A stretch of DNA of 64,000 nucleotides from a virus, in IMG/VR virus record IMGVR_UViG_3300045051_000531; one strand, 5' to 3'. Below are positions 14,608-24,800 of this stretch, piece after piece. The notes beneath the pieces were generated by a model. The model worked only from the letters and a program-made list of their open reading frames with translations, was not told the origin of the DNA and did no database searches. Both the position numbers and the translations under genes were made by a program. Position 1 is the stretch's first letter; every line of letters starts with the position of its first letter.

Positions 14608-16504
14608 GGCGGGTTCCAAGATCGATCTCAGGACGGGGACCACGATCCCGCCGACGGTGGCCCCCGACAAGTACAAGCAGGAGGAAAAGCTCCGGCCGAT
14701 CGTGGTGAAGGCTCCGTTGCTGGAGCCGCTCGCCACGACCAAGCTGCAGTTCAGCCCCTACGCGTGGGCCAAGCTGAAGTTCATGTGCGCCTCGGTGAGC
14801 ACCGAGATCGGCGGCATGGCGATCTCGGATCTCGAGGACCCTCTCTTGATCGTCGATATCGCGATCCCGAAGCAGGTCGTCAATGCGGCTTATGTCCGGT
14901 TCGATGACACCGCGTACGCCGATCTGATGTTCGAGCTCTGCGATCCGGATGGTGAGTACAAGTTCCAGCCGGTGCAGTGCCAGCGCATCTGGATCCACAC
15001 GCACCCGGGTACGAGTCCGTACCCGAGCGGGGTCGACGAGGCCACGTTCGCGCGGACCTGGGGGGCCTGTGACTGGGCCGTCATGTTCATCCTGGCCAAG
15101 GGTGGCGAGTTCTACGCCAGGCTGGAGGAGCGGCACCAGAACGGTCTGTGCACGGTGCACAAGCTGGATGCTCTGGTGCGCTGGGAGCTCCCGTTCCCGG
15201 CGGCGGATCACGAGGCCTGGGCGACCACGATCCGGGCGAACGTCCAGGAATCCTACTTCATGGCCTACGACTATGGCGCGCGCAACCCGCTGTGGGCGCA
15301 GGGGGTCGATGCCGTCAGGAGGCCGAAAAGTTACGCGCCGGCGGCAACGCCGGGGACGCAAGCCCAAGGCACGGGGTACCGCGGCGGATACGACGGACGA
15401 GGGTACGACGGGTACTACGAGGGGGATGACTGGTTCATGAGGGAATACGGCTACGCGCCTCCGCCACCCGCTGGGGCGCCGTTGCCGAAGACCCCCGAGG
15501 AGAAACGGTTCGACCATGAAGCCAATCGGGACGACCCCGTTGGTTTCCGCGTTCTCCAGGCGCCCAAGGGGTGGTTCCCCAAGGTGTCAGCGATCATGCA
15601 GGCCGGCAGGGCCAAGCTGACGCTGTTCGAGTTCAGGTACCACGACCTCCTGTACTACCTGGACTCCTACGCGCAGAACATCCTGGCCAACAACGTCAAG
15701 GCCAAGGATCTCACGCACGCGATCCGGCAGAACCTCGAGGAAAACGACATCAAGATCACCGGTGAGGACGTCAATGGTGACGTCATCGTGAGCTACACCG
15801 ACAAGGACAGCAAGGTCAGCTACACCGGGCACCCCAAGGGGCTGCTGCGGTTCGGTGAGTACGTCGGCGACAAGGTCCGGTTCGATGTCGAAGACGACCT
15901 CAAGGTCGCCGAGGCCGTCCTGAAGCGGGTCGCCGAGTTCAGGAACCCGCTGATGTCGGATCTCGTCACGTACACGGACACCGCCGGGAATCCGGTGGAT
16001 AGCCTGTACCCGTGGGTCCTCATGGATGGCACCACGGTGATCTGGCTGACGACCGCCGAGATCGAGATGCTCTCGGACGTCAGGTCCGGGCATCTCAGCG
16101 CGGCCAGGTTGGAATACGATCTCTGGCAGTACAGCCAGGAAGTCGCCGTTGAGAACAAGCAGGCGGAACGGGACCAGCTGTCCGACGAGGACCAGTGCTT
16201 GCTGGAGACCTTCGAGTTCGCCATGGCGGTCACCGAAGGGAACCGGATCAACGAAAACATGTTCGACGTCACCAAGGTCGAGAACGGGTTCGCGAACCTG
16301 CTCAAGGGCGCCAAGACCGGCGGCTGGGGTGATGTCTGCGTGAAGGTCCTCAACGCGTTCCGGCGTCACGGCTATGACTGCCACAAGGCGGCGGCCGATC
16401 TGAACATCGTGCTCCAGGATCCCGATCAGGAGAAGACGCGTGAGCTCGCCCAGGTGCAGCCCACGGTCGATGAAGCCAACACAGCACTGAAACGCGAGGA
16501 ATAA
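14453..16504 (+). CDS. JAB/MPN metalloprotease 2 with long C-terminal extension
   Basis: TEIGG and IWIHTHPGTSPYPSGVD; start uncertain because it overlaps the upstream gene by 155 nt. Confidence 0.8.
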   Translation: MPKSTSEPVVTSGTQIVPPETTPSVLTSPQSSTTTSTTPMTGATVTPTPTHKAGSKIDLRTGTTIPPTVAPDKYKQEEKLRPIVVKAPLLEPLATTKLQFSPYAWAKLKFMCASVSTEIGGMAISDLEDPLLIVDIAIPKQVVNAAYVRFDDTAYADLMFELCDPDGEYKFQPVQCQRIWIHTHPGTSPYPSGVDEATFARTWGACDWAVMFILAKGGEFYARLEERHQNGLCTVHKLDALVRWELPFPAADHEAWATTIRANVQESYFMAYDYGARNPLWAQGVDAVRRPKSYAPAATPGTQAQGTGYRGGYDGRGYDGYYEGDDWFMREYGYAPPPPAGAPLPKTPEEKRFDHEANRDDPVGFRVLQAPKGWFPKVSAIMQAGRAKLTLFEFRYHDLLYYLDSYAQNILANNVKAKDLTHAIRQNLEENDIKITGEDVNGDVIVSYTDKDSKVSYTGHPKGLLRFGEYVGDKVRFDVEDDLKVAEAVLKRVAEFRNPLMSDLVTYTDTAGNPVDSLYPWVLMDGTTVIWLTTAEIEMLSDVRSGHLSAARLEYDLWQYSQEVAVENKQAERDQLSDEDQCLLETFEFAMAVTEGNRINENMFDVTKVENGFANLLKGAKTGGWGDVCVKVLNAFRRHGYDCHKAAADLNIVLQDPDQEKTRELAQVQPTVDEANTALKREE

Positions 16505-17184
16505 TGACCGAAGCCGCAACCGCCGCTGCCCCCGCCGTGCCTGTCCGGTTCAGCCGGCAGGCCGGCATCCTGCCCACCGAGGGTCTGTTCACCCACCGCG
16601 TCGTCGTCGCTGGCGTCGGCGCCGTGGGTGGCCAGCTCGTCCGCCAGCTCGTCCTGTGCGGACAGCGGGATGTCACGTTCTACGATCACGACGACGTCGA
16701 GGAGGCCAACCTGTACCCGCAGGGCTGGGCGGAGAGCGATCTCGGGAAGTCCAAGGCTGTGGCGTTGAACGACGCCCTGCTGGCGACGGGGCGCAAGGCC
16801 ACGATCAACGCGGTCCCGACCCAGGTTCCCTACGATGGCGTCGAGGCCGATGTCATGTTCCTCTGTGTGGATTCCATCCACACCAGGAAGCTGCTCTTCG
16901 AGGCCTACAAGCACAAGGTCAAGCTGATCGTCGACACCCGGGTCGCTGCTGACACGATCCGCGTTCTCATCGCTTGCGATGAGATCGGGTGGGACTACTA
17001 CAGTTCCACGATCTTCGACGCCAAGGACCGCTTCGACGGTGGCTGCACGACCAAGATGACCCTGCATCACGCCAACCTGGCGGCAGGTCTCGCGGTCCAG
17101 CAGTACTCCCTCTGGATGCGGAAGATCCCGCTGATGAAGGACATCCTGATGAACCTCGTCGCCATGGAGATGTCCTCGAAATGA
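16504..17184 (+). CDS. ThiF/E1-like activating enzyme 2
   Basis: VAGVGAVGG, YDHDDVEEANLYPQ, GKSKA, LCVDSIHTR, candidate catalytic Cys in GGCT. Confidence 0.9.
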   Translation: MTEAATAAAPAVPVRFSRQAGILPTEGLFTHRVVVAGVGAVGGQLVRQLVLCGQRDVTFYDHDDVEEANLYPQGWAESDLGKSKAVALNDALLATGRKATINAVPTQVPYDGVEADVMFLCVDSIHTRKLLFEAYKHKVKLIVDTRVAADTIRVLIACDEIGWDYYSSTIFDAKDRFDGGCTTKMTLHHANLAAGLAVQQYSLWMRKIPLMKDILMNLVAMEMSSK

Positions 17185-18671
17185 CCGTTGAGTTGGCGTA
17201 CCTGGGCCGTGCTCTGAGGCTGTCACCAGCCGTGTACGGCGAGCTGTTCCACGACACCTGTACGGTGATCCGCATGGAAAATGTCGTGGAATGGAAAACA
17301 GAACGGGACGCCATGACCGGCGAGGAGCGCACCTACCCGGTTCGCACCAGGAAGCCGGTGCCGGTGCCCCTGTTCTGGTACGCCGACGGTAAGGATGACA
17401 GCAAGTTCTTCTGCACCTACGCGGGGTACGGACCTCGACTCGAAGCCATGCTGCGGAGGCAGGGGCTCGAAGTCGAGGTCCGGGACCTCGTCTCGGACGG
17501 ACTCCCGGCGCCCGATCTGACCAAGATCGCGGATGTCGTCTGGAGGCCCAAGCAGGCCGCGGTGTTCGCCAGGCTGTTGGCGCACAAGCGGGGTCGCATC
17601 GTGTGCCCGACGGCATTCGGGAAGACCTACATCGCGAAGCAGCTCGCCAAGGTGTACCCGAAGTCGGAGATCATCCTGACGGTGCCCTATCAGGACGTCG
17701 CCAAGGACATCTACAAAGATCTCGTCATGCAGCTCGGTCCGCAAACCGTGGGGCTTGTCGGTGCCGGGAAAATGAACCCGAAGCGGCTCACGGTCGCCGT
17801 GAGCCACTCCCTGCACCACTGCCCCAAGGACGCCAGCATCATCCTGGCCGATGAGTGCCACGCCCTGATGACGGACCACTTCATCAAGCTGCTGAACCGA
17901 TTTTATCGGGCCCGGTTATTCGGGTTCACGGCGACGCCGAAGGGTCGCAGTGATCGGGCCGATGCGCTCGGTGAGGCCGTGTTTGGACCTGTGCTGGTGG
18001 ACATCTCGTACCAGGAAGGCGTCGACGCCGGCAACATCGTACCCATCAAGGTCCGCATGTTCCGGTCCGAGGTCGGACCCGATGTCGCCGCGGTGGCCGA
18101 CAAGAACAAGGCCAAGGCCGACAGGCTCGGGCTCTGGCTCAACATGGCTCGAAACGGACTCATCGCGAAAAGTGTCCGCGCGGTCGAAAAGGAACTCGGG
18201 CCTGACGCCCAGATCCTCGTGGTCGTCGACAAGACCGAGCACGCCTACGCCATGGGGCAGTTGCTCCCGGACTACGCCGTGGTCAGCGGGGAACCCACCC
18301 CGGATCGCGTCAAGCAGATGCTGAAGCGTGGCGCCATGCTGCCCACGCAGGCGATCTGTACGCAGGCCATGCGGGATCACTACCGGACCGAGTTCGAGGC
18401 GAACCGGCTCAAGCGGGTGATCTGCACCAAGGTCTGGCGACAGGGCGTCGACTTCCGCGATCTGGCCTGCTTGGTCCGAGCTGATGGGACCGCGAGTCCC
18501 ATCGACTCAGGCCAGGTGCCCGGTCGACTCTCCCGACTCGGTAGGGAGACCGAGAAGAGCCACGGGCTCCTCTTGGATTTCTATGACACGTTCAGCTCCA
18601 ACCTGGAGTCCAGGTCCAAGCAGCGCGTCACCGTGTACCGGAAGAACAAGTGGTCGATCGAGAACAGGTAA
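17181..18671 (+). CDS. uvsW: SF2 DNA helicase (UvsW-like)
   Basis: CPTAFGKT, LADECH, GFTATP, QGVDF, QVPGRLSR; ATG overlaps the E1 stop (ATGA). Confidence 0.85.
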   Translation: MTVELAYLGRALRLSPAVYGELFHDTCTVIRMENVVEWKTERDAMTGEERTYPVRTRKPVPVPLFWYADGKDDSKFFCTYAGYGPRLEAMLRRQGLEVEVRDLVSDGLPAPDLTKIADVVWRPKQAAVFARLLAHKRGRIVCPTAFGKTYIAKQLAKVYPKSEIILTVPYQDVAKDIYKDLVMQLGPQTVGLVGAGKMNPKRLTVAVSHSLHHCPKDASIILADECHALMTDHFIKLLNRFYRARLFGFTATPKGRSDRADALGEAVFGPVLVDISYQEGVDAGNIVPIKVRMFRSEVGPDVAAVADKNKAKADRLGLWLNMARNGLIAKSVRAVEKELGPDAQILVVVDKTEHAYAMGQLLPDYAVVSGEPTPDRVKQMLKRGAMLPTQAICTQAMRDHYRTEFEANRLKRVICTKVWRQGVDFRDLACLVRADGTASPIDSGQVPGRLSRLGRETEKSHGLLLDFYDTFSSNLESRSKQRVTVYRKNKWSIENR

Positions 18672-19243
18672 ACCCGTTCTATCGGTTGGATGTCGTGGAC
18701 GCCGACGGTTCCCATCACGTCGCAGACCGCGAGACCGCTGAGCTCGCGTTCCGTATTTTACGGCAATACGAGGCCATGCGGCCGATCTACGTTCCTGGTA
18801 TCGCGCGGGTCTCGAAGACGCATTACCCCGTGTTTTACCGTGCCGCTGAGCTCTGTAAGCGTCGCGGCATGACAGCTGAAGCCTTCGTGAAGACGCAGCT
18901 CGAAGGCATGGCGATGCTCGGCACGTTCTGGCCGTCAGCCATCGCTTCAGAAAAGTTCGAACGAACCCTGACGGACCACAACAGATCGGGGGTTCGTTCC
19001 GCGAGGCACTACCTGAGCCAGTTGCACATCTTCGCGGAGCGCAGTAGACTTGATGGTCCTCACCTCGTCCTAGCAGACGACACGATCCAGTTCACACCGC
19101 TCTTCCGAGCGGTCATGGCAGCCAAGTACGACCTCGACGACATCGTCGAGGCCAACAGAACTGCCGCCCTCCGTGAGCTGGAAGGTGTCCCTCTCGCTAA
19201 GGAGATTTTCAAAGGGATGTTGGAGTTCCTCGATGCGAAATGA
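18650..19243 (+). CDS. hypothetical protein between the two helicases
   Basis: ORF overlapping both neighbours. Confidence 0.6.
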   Translation: MVDREQVNPFYRLDVVDADGSHHVADRETAELAFRILRQYEAMRPIYVPGIARVSKTHYPVFYRAAELCKRRGMTAEAFVKTQLEGMAMLGTFWPSAIASEKFERTLTDHNRSGVRSARHYLSQLHIFAERSRLDGPHLVLADDTIQFTPLFRAVMAAKYDLDDIVEANRTAALRELEGVPLAKEIFKGMLEFLDAK

Positions 19244-20741
19244 CGATGACGAGACCAAGGCCATTCCGAAACAGACGTACAGGAAGGAGCACTACGACAT
19301 CCTGCTGGGGCAGTTGATGCGGAGCCCGACGCTCCTGCATCTCGCTGTCCAGCACCTCGAAGGACATCACTTCATAGACAAGCGGATCGGAGGGACCGTC
19401 ACGCAGTCCCTGCTGTTCGACACCATCAAGCGGTACTACACCGAGCATAAGGTGGTCCCCGATGGAGCCGTGATCCTGGCTGAGGTCAGGATCCATGTGG
19501 ACCGGTATTTCCGGGACCCTGAAAAACGGAAGCTCGTCGTCGACGAGGTCCAGCAGTTCCTGGTCCTCTGCGGACAGGTGACCGAGAAGAGCGAGCCGTT
19601 GGCCCGCAAGCTGATCCAGCAGGTCGCAGACACCTGCGTGTTCTCGGAAGCCATTGGAGCCGAGATCGCTGAGTTCCAGGAGACCGGTGGGATCGCCCAG
19701 TTCAGGCAGAAGCTCGCCGATATCGAAACCAAGCAGGCCGCCATGAATGGCGGCCTTTCTTTTAATGGGATCGTTGGGGCCGAGCTGGATGATAACGGGG
19801 CCCGGGTAAGTACCCATATTCCGTGGTTCGATAGCCGGTTCGGTGGTGGCATGGGACCCGTGGTGGGCTCCCTGATGGCCATCCTGGCTCCGCAGTCCTG
19901 CGGTAAGACCACGCTGGGGATCCAGCTGGGTGTCTGCCAGTCGTTGTCCGAGCAGCACGTCCTCTTGGTGCTCGCCGAGGAAGGGTTCTCGCTGTCCGTG
20001 CGCAGCAAGCTGATCGGCTGCGCTCTGGGCATCGACTACACCCTGATCCGTGACGCCCCGGTCCGGAAGTTCGCTGAAAAGCTGGAGCACGCGATCAGCG
20101 GGCTCAACATGGACCGCCAGTTGGTGGCACAGAAGCTGAACCGTCTGAACAAGTACTTCCACGTCCTCGACCTGGTTCAGAAGAACGTCGACGCCAACCC
20201 GCTGGAGGTCATCGAAGGTGAAATCGAGAACCTGAAGTCGCGCGGCATGATGCCGAAGTATGTCTACGTGGATTGGGCTGGCATCATCGCGGACAAGATC
20301 GCGTCGCTTTCCGGACGCACCAAGGAGCAGGAGCTCAAGACGTTGAGCTACACGCTCAGCAACATCGCTTATCGCCGCGACATCATTGTTGCGGTGAGCC
20401 AGCAGATGGCTCCGACCATCGCTTCGAAGGGGCCCTTCCAGTTGCATGACCAGTACTGCGCCGCGGACTGCAAGGGTTTCACGGAGCCCGCGAAGTACTG
20501 CTTCGTCGTTGGGCCCCAGGATACCAGGTTCAAGTACTCCACGTTCACGGTGGCCAAGAGCCGTGACGATGCCAGAGGTGACCGCTCCGTGGTGCATCTC
20601 CGTGGCGAACTCGCCACGTTTTACGACATCACCGACAAGTTCGACGTCCGCGGCAAGCGGTTCGTCGGCAAGGATAGCAAGGATAACTCCACCAAAGTTC
20701 CCAGTGAAACCCGTAAGAAAGTCGAGGATAAAGTAGAATAA
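19233..20741 (+). CDS. dnaB: DnaB-like replicative helicase
   Basis: Walker A APQSCGKTT, YVDW Walker B-like motif, AVSQQ, VAKSRD; upstream of primase. Confidence 0.8.
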   Translation: MRNDDDETKAIPKQTYRKEHYDILLGQLMRSPTLLHLAVQHLEGHHFIDKRIGGTVTQSLLFDTIKRYYTEHKVVPDGAVILAEVRIHVDRYFRDPEKRKLVVDEVQQFLVLCGQVTEKSEPLARKLIQQVADTCVFSEAIGAEIAEFQETGGIAQFRQKLADIETKQAAMNGGLSFNGIVGAELDDNGARVSTHIPWFDSRFGGGMGPVVGSLMAILAPQSCGKTTLGIQLGVCQSLSEQHVLLVLAEEGFSLSVRSKLIGCALGIDYTLIRDAPVRKFAEKLEHAISGLNMDRQLVAQKLNRLNKYFHVLDLVQKNVDANPLEVIEGEIENLKSRGMMPKYVYVDWAGIIADKIASLSGRTKEQELKTLSYTLSNIAYRRDIIVAVSQQMAPTIASKGPFQLHDQYCAADCKGFTEPAKYCFVVGPQDTRFKYSTFTVAKSRDDARGDRSVVHLRGELATFYDITDKFDVRGKRFVGKDSKDNSTKVPSETRKKVEDKVE

Positions 20742-21835
20742 TGCTGAATCCCCAGCTGTTCGCGGTTCTCGCGAAGAACTTCGGGGACGTCAGGGTGACG
20801 AGCGAGGGCATCAAGCGCGTCGAAGATCGCGCCCCCGGTCGGAGGCCTGTCGTCAAGGAGCGAGGCGAACACTACATGGTGTGCTGCCCGCTCTGCGGCG
20901 ATGACCGCTACCGGCTCTCGATCAGTTATCTCTGGCTCACCAAGCCGCCGCTCTCGGGGCGACGGAGATCAGAGCTGGCGCACTGCTACAACGAGGACTG
21001 CAAGGTCACCGCACCAGAGTTCTATAACGATCTCCTGCAGGATCTCCATGCTGCTGAGCTCGGGCTCCTGCAGGAGGAAGTCGACAAGGCCAAGAAGCGC
21101 GGTTCCGCTGGCCCCAGGAAGCGCGTCGCGATCAGGCTGCCGAAAGGCTTGGTCCCGCTGCACGAGCTCCGCAAGGACCACCCAGCGCTCCAGTTCCTGT
21201 GCAAGAACTACCCCGCCTTCGGTAAGGCCGGGTCTGATGTCATCGCTCAGTACCTCGGAACCCAGTACGGCGCCGCGTTCGCTGAGATGCTGGATGACTT
21301 GTACCCATTGGTGCGTGGTCGAGTCGTGTTCCCGATCTACAACGATGGCGCCCTGGTTGGTTGGCAGGGTCGCGCCATCGACGCAACCGTGGAGCCCAGA
21401 TGGCTTCTGCCGCCCGGGTTCCTGAAGACGTTTTACAACGGTGATCGCGTTGCACCGCATGAGACCCCGGTGATCTCAGAGGGGATCACCAACGCGATCT
21501 GTTCGGGTCCCCGTGGCGTCGCGATATTCGGTAAGGAGCTCAACACGATACGTGCCGAGGAGTTCGGGAAGCGGTGGAAGTCAGCGATCATAGCTACGGA
21601 TCCTGACACCTTCGTTCCTGATAATCGTAAGGGTGGTCGTGGGCGTATCTTCGCCTACGAGCTCCGCGATTTACTCGTCAAGCACGTCCCACGGGTCCGC
21701 ATGATTGCGTGGCCCAAAGAAGTCCTGGAGGCTGCCACCGTGAATAACAACGGAACTAAGACCAAGGTGCCTGACGCCGCGGATCTTGGATTCGCGGTGA
21801 TGCACAAGCTCATCGACGCGGCAGATCATGCCTAA
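20741..21835 (+). CDS. dnaG: DNA primase
   Basis: Zn finger CPLCGD...HCYNEDC, RVVFP...WQGR, TOPRIM motifs SEGITNA and ATDPD. Confidence 0.85.
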   Translation: MLNPQLFAVLAKNFGDVRVTSEGIKRVEDRAPGRRPVVKERGEHYMVCCPLCGDDRYRLSISYLWLTKPPLSGRRRSELAHCYNEDCKVTAPEFYNDLLQDLHAAELGLLQEEVDKAKKRGSAGPRKRVAIRLPKGLVPLHELRKDHPALQFLCKNYPAFGKAGSDVIAQYLGTQYGAAFAEMLDDLYPLVRGRVVFPIYNDGALVGWQGRAIDATVEPRWLLPPGFLKTFYNGDRVAPHETPVISEGITNAICSGPRGVAIFGKELNTIRAEEFGKRWKSAIIATDPDTFVPDNRKGGRGRIFAYELRDLLVKHVPRVRMIAWPKEVLEAATVNNNGTKTKVPDAADLGFAVMHKLIDAADHA

Positions 21836-24800
21836 GCAGGTAGACAACGCAGCTCTGGCCCCTGAGCACGTCGAGTACCGGAACGACAACTATCCGGAGC
21901 TCGACGACGGCCAGTTCATCGAGCAGGTCTGCTGTGGCGGTCTCGTGCTTCCCGAGATCGATGCCGGGGCCTCCTGGCACATGCCGGCCTGCTGGCTTGG
22001 TGACGAAGCCAAGGAGGCCATGTTGCCGGAGGACCGGCGCGTGCAGGAGCGTCAAAGGCTCGGCTGGCGCCCCGCGCAGTACCTCATCATCCTGGGCGCC
22101 CCGAATCAGCTCGACATCCAGCGGAAACGGGCTCTGCACCCGTTGTCCGATGGCGGCGGCTTGATGCGCGACGAGCTCAGGAGTGTCGGGATTCCGCTGA
22201 CGGCCTGCGTGGCAACCTACGTGACCAGGTTCGGGCTTCCCCGCACCGTCAGGCAGTACGCCCCGAAGCACAAAAGGGCTGGGCTGCCGTTCCTCCAGGC
22301 CGACATCCAGCACGTCAACCCGGACGTCATCATCGCCTGTGGTGCCGACGCCGTGAAGGCGCTGTACGGCAAGGACGCCAAGCTGGACACCGTGCGCGGC
22401 AACGTGTTGACCTACAACGTAAATGGCCGCGAGATCCCAGTGATCCCGACGGTGAGCCACCTCGCCTTCCTCGGTGGGTACGCCAACATCGAGGTGTTCA
22501 GGGCTGAGATGCGTCGGGCCATGGAGATCGCGAACCGTGTTCACTCTGTGAAGCGGCGCATCACGGATTACCGGATCTGCAAGACGGCTGCCGAAGTCGT
22601 CGCGCTGTGCGATGAGATCCGTGCCGCGGCGCCACCCTACATCGCCTTCGATACCGAGTTCGGCAATGACGTCGCCAGGGAGGAGTACAACTACACGCTC
22701 TCGATTCAGCTGGCCTGGGGGCCAGGGAAGGCGGCGTTCATCCAGCTCCGGAAGCAGCACCAGCGGGACTCGTTCTGGGTCACGGAGCCATTCGGAAAGG
22801 CGAAGAAGGACGGGACCAGGAAGGTCAGGACGAAGTTCATCGTGCCGGAGCCTGACTGCGGGCTTCCCATGCACAGCCCCGAGGACCTCCATACGATCTG
22901 GTCCACGGTCCAGGCGTTGCTGTTGGACAAGAAGTGGAAGCTGGCTGCACACCATCTCCGCGTCGACGTCGAGCAGTTCGCCCGTAACGGGTACCCGATC
23001 GATGAGCGTATCGAGGACAGCTACGACACCATGCTGCTGCACCATCTCCGTTACGGGGATGAGGACCAAGGTCTTGATCACGTCGTCAGGAAGTATCTCC
23101 CGGAGTTCGGGGCTTTCTGGATGGAGCTCGAGGAATGGCTCAGCGCGAACCAGCGCCAGAAGCGGCTCAAGCATGGGTACCGTGATATCCCGCTGCCGAT
23201 CATTACGCCGTACGCTCTCCAGGACGCCGATGCGACCTGGCAGGTGGTCCCCAAGGTGCTCGCCGACTTCGAGGATCACCCCGGGCTGCTGGAGCTGTAC
23301 TGGAGCCACGTCGCCCCGACCAGTCTGCACTTGCTCGATGTCGAGCGGGAAGGGCTCCTCGTCGACGAAGCCGTGCGTGCCGAGATGCACGATGCCTACG
23401 AGCCCGTCTACAACGAGCTCCTGAGCCGGCTGCGCGGCATGATCAACTGGCCGGACTTCAATCCGGGATCGTCGGACCAGATGGTGGCGCTGCTGTTCAG
23501 TGACTACCCGTACCGCGGTAAGAAGCTCCACAAGTGGGACGACGGCACCGAGCATCTCCTGCCCAAGGGGGTCCGCGGGCTCCACCTCAAGCCGCTGTAC
23601 AATACGGAGAAGTACCCGAAGCCGTGGGAGCTCATCGAGGAGGCCGGCGAGACCGACCTGCATGCCCCGTCGACCAAGGCAGCCATCCTGGATCTCCTGT
23701 ACCATCAGAATCCCGGGATGCAGGAGCTCAGGCTCCTCAAGCATCTCTCTGTGGTCGGCAAGTTCTTGAACAGTTACCTGAGGCCGCAGGAGCTCAACGA
23801 GTTCGGGGTTCCCGAGGACGGCGACGGGTTCCACTGCAACATCTGGCGTGACGGTAGGGTCCGGACGCATCTCAACCAGCTCACCGAGACCGGACGGTAC
23901 TCCTCGTACAAGGCGAACCTGCAGACCAAGCCGAAGAAGCAGGAAGCCGCTGCGTTCGCAGCTCTGGTCGACTACCAGTTCGGCATCACCGTCGAGCAGT
24001 ACGAGAAGCGCACTTTCGATGGCGAAAAGGATGACTCCGGTGCCTGGAAGAAGGGCAAGGAGCCGTACTCCGGCGCCGATCGCATCGAGTTGAAGGATCG
24101 CATCGCGGTTCCCAAGTTCGCGAAGTGCTTCATCGCGAGGCCAGGCTATGTCCTCATCGAAGCTGACTTCAAGACCGCGGAACTCTTCGTCTGGGCGTAC
24201 TGCTCAGGCGACGCCAAGCTGATCCAGGTTGTCGATACCGGGCGAGACCTGCACTCCGAGGTCGCCGCTACGGCGTTCAATCTTCCCGAGGCAGCCGAGC
24301 TGCCTGGCTGCATCGCGACGCTCAACGCCGGTGACCGCACCGCCTACGACAACTGGTGTGAACTCATCAAGCACAGGCATGGAGCCCTGCGTGTCGCTGC
24401 GAAATCGGTGAACTTCGGGGTCATGTATGGGCGCGGTGCCGCTGCCCTGATGCGCGAGATCAACAAGGTCGTCAAGACGCCGGTGACCGTACAGGACACC
24501 CAGCGTATCATCGATAGCCTCGCCAAGGGCTTTCCAGTGGCGTGGCGTTGGCTGGTCGACAACAGCGAGGACGCCATCAGGAACGAGTACATCGCCAACG
24601 CGTTCGGTCGTCGGCGGTACTTCCAGGGCGCCAACCAGATGGGTGACTTCGAGAAGGCCGCGATCCGTCGTGAGGCCAAGAACAGCCCGATTCAGGGCTG
24701 CGTCGCCGATCTGCTCGCCAGAGCTGGCTACAAGATGAGGCGGATTCTGAAGACGCTGCCGCCCGGCACGCTGGACATGCGGATCCTGTTGCCGGTCCAC

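Noticed and set aside
12769-14742. 657-aa - strand ORF
   Set aside because: Shadow of the E2-Zn gene; no recognisable domains.
6509-17184. Ubl modules read as host CBASS/Bil defence islands or as thiamine/molybdopterin biosynthesis
   Set aside because: No cyclase, effector or cofactor-pathway genes are present. The genes are translationally coupled to phage recombination genes and share their codon style.
21810-23870. 686-aa - strand ORF and other long - strand ORFs (for example 6479-8155, 19209-20597, 50237-51616)
   Set aside because: They mirror well-supported + strand genes; high GC suppresses stop codons on the antisense strand.
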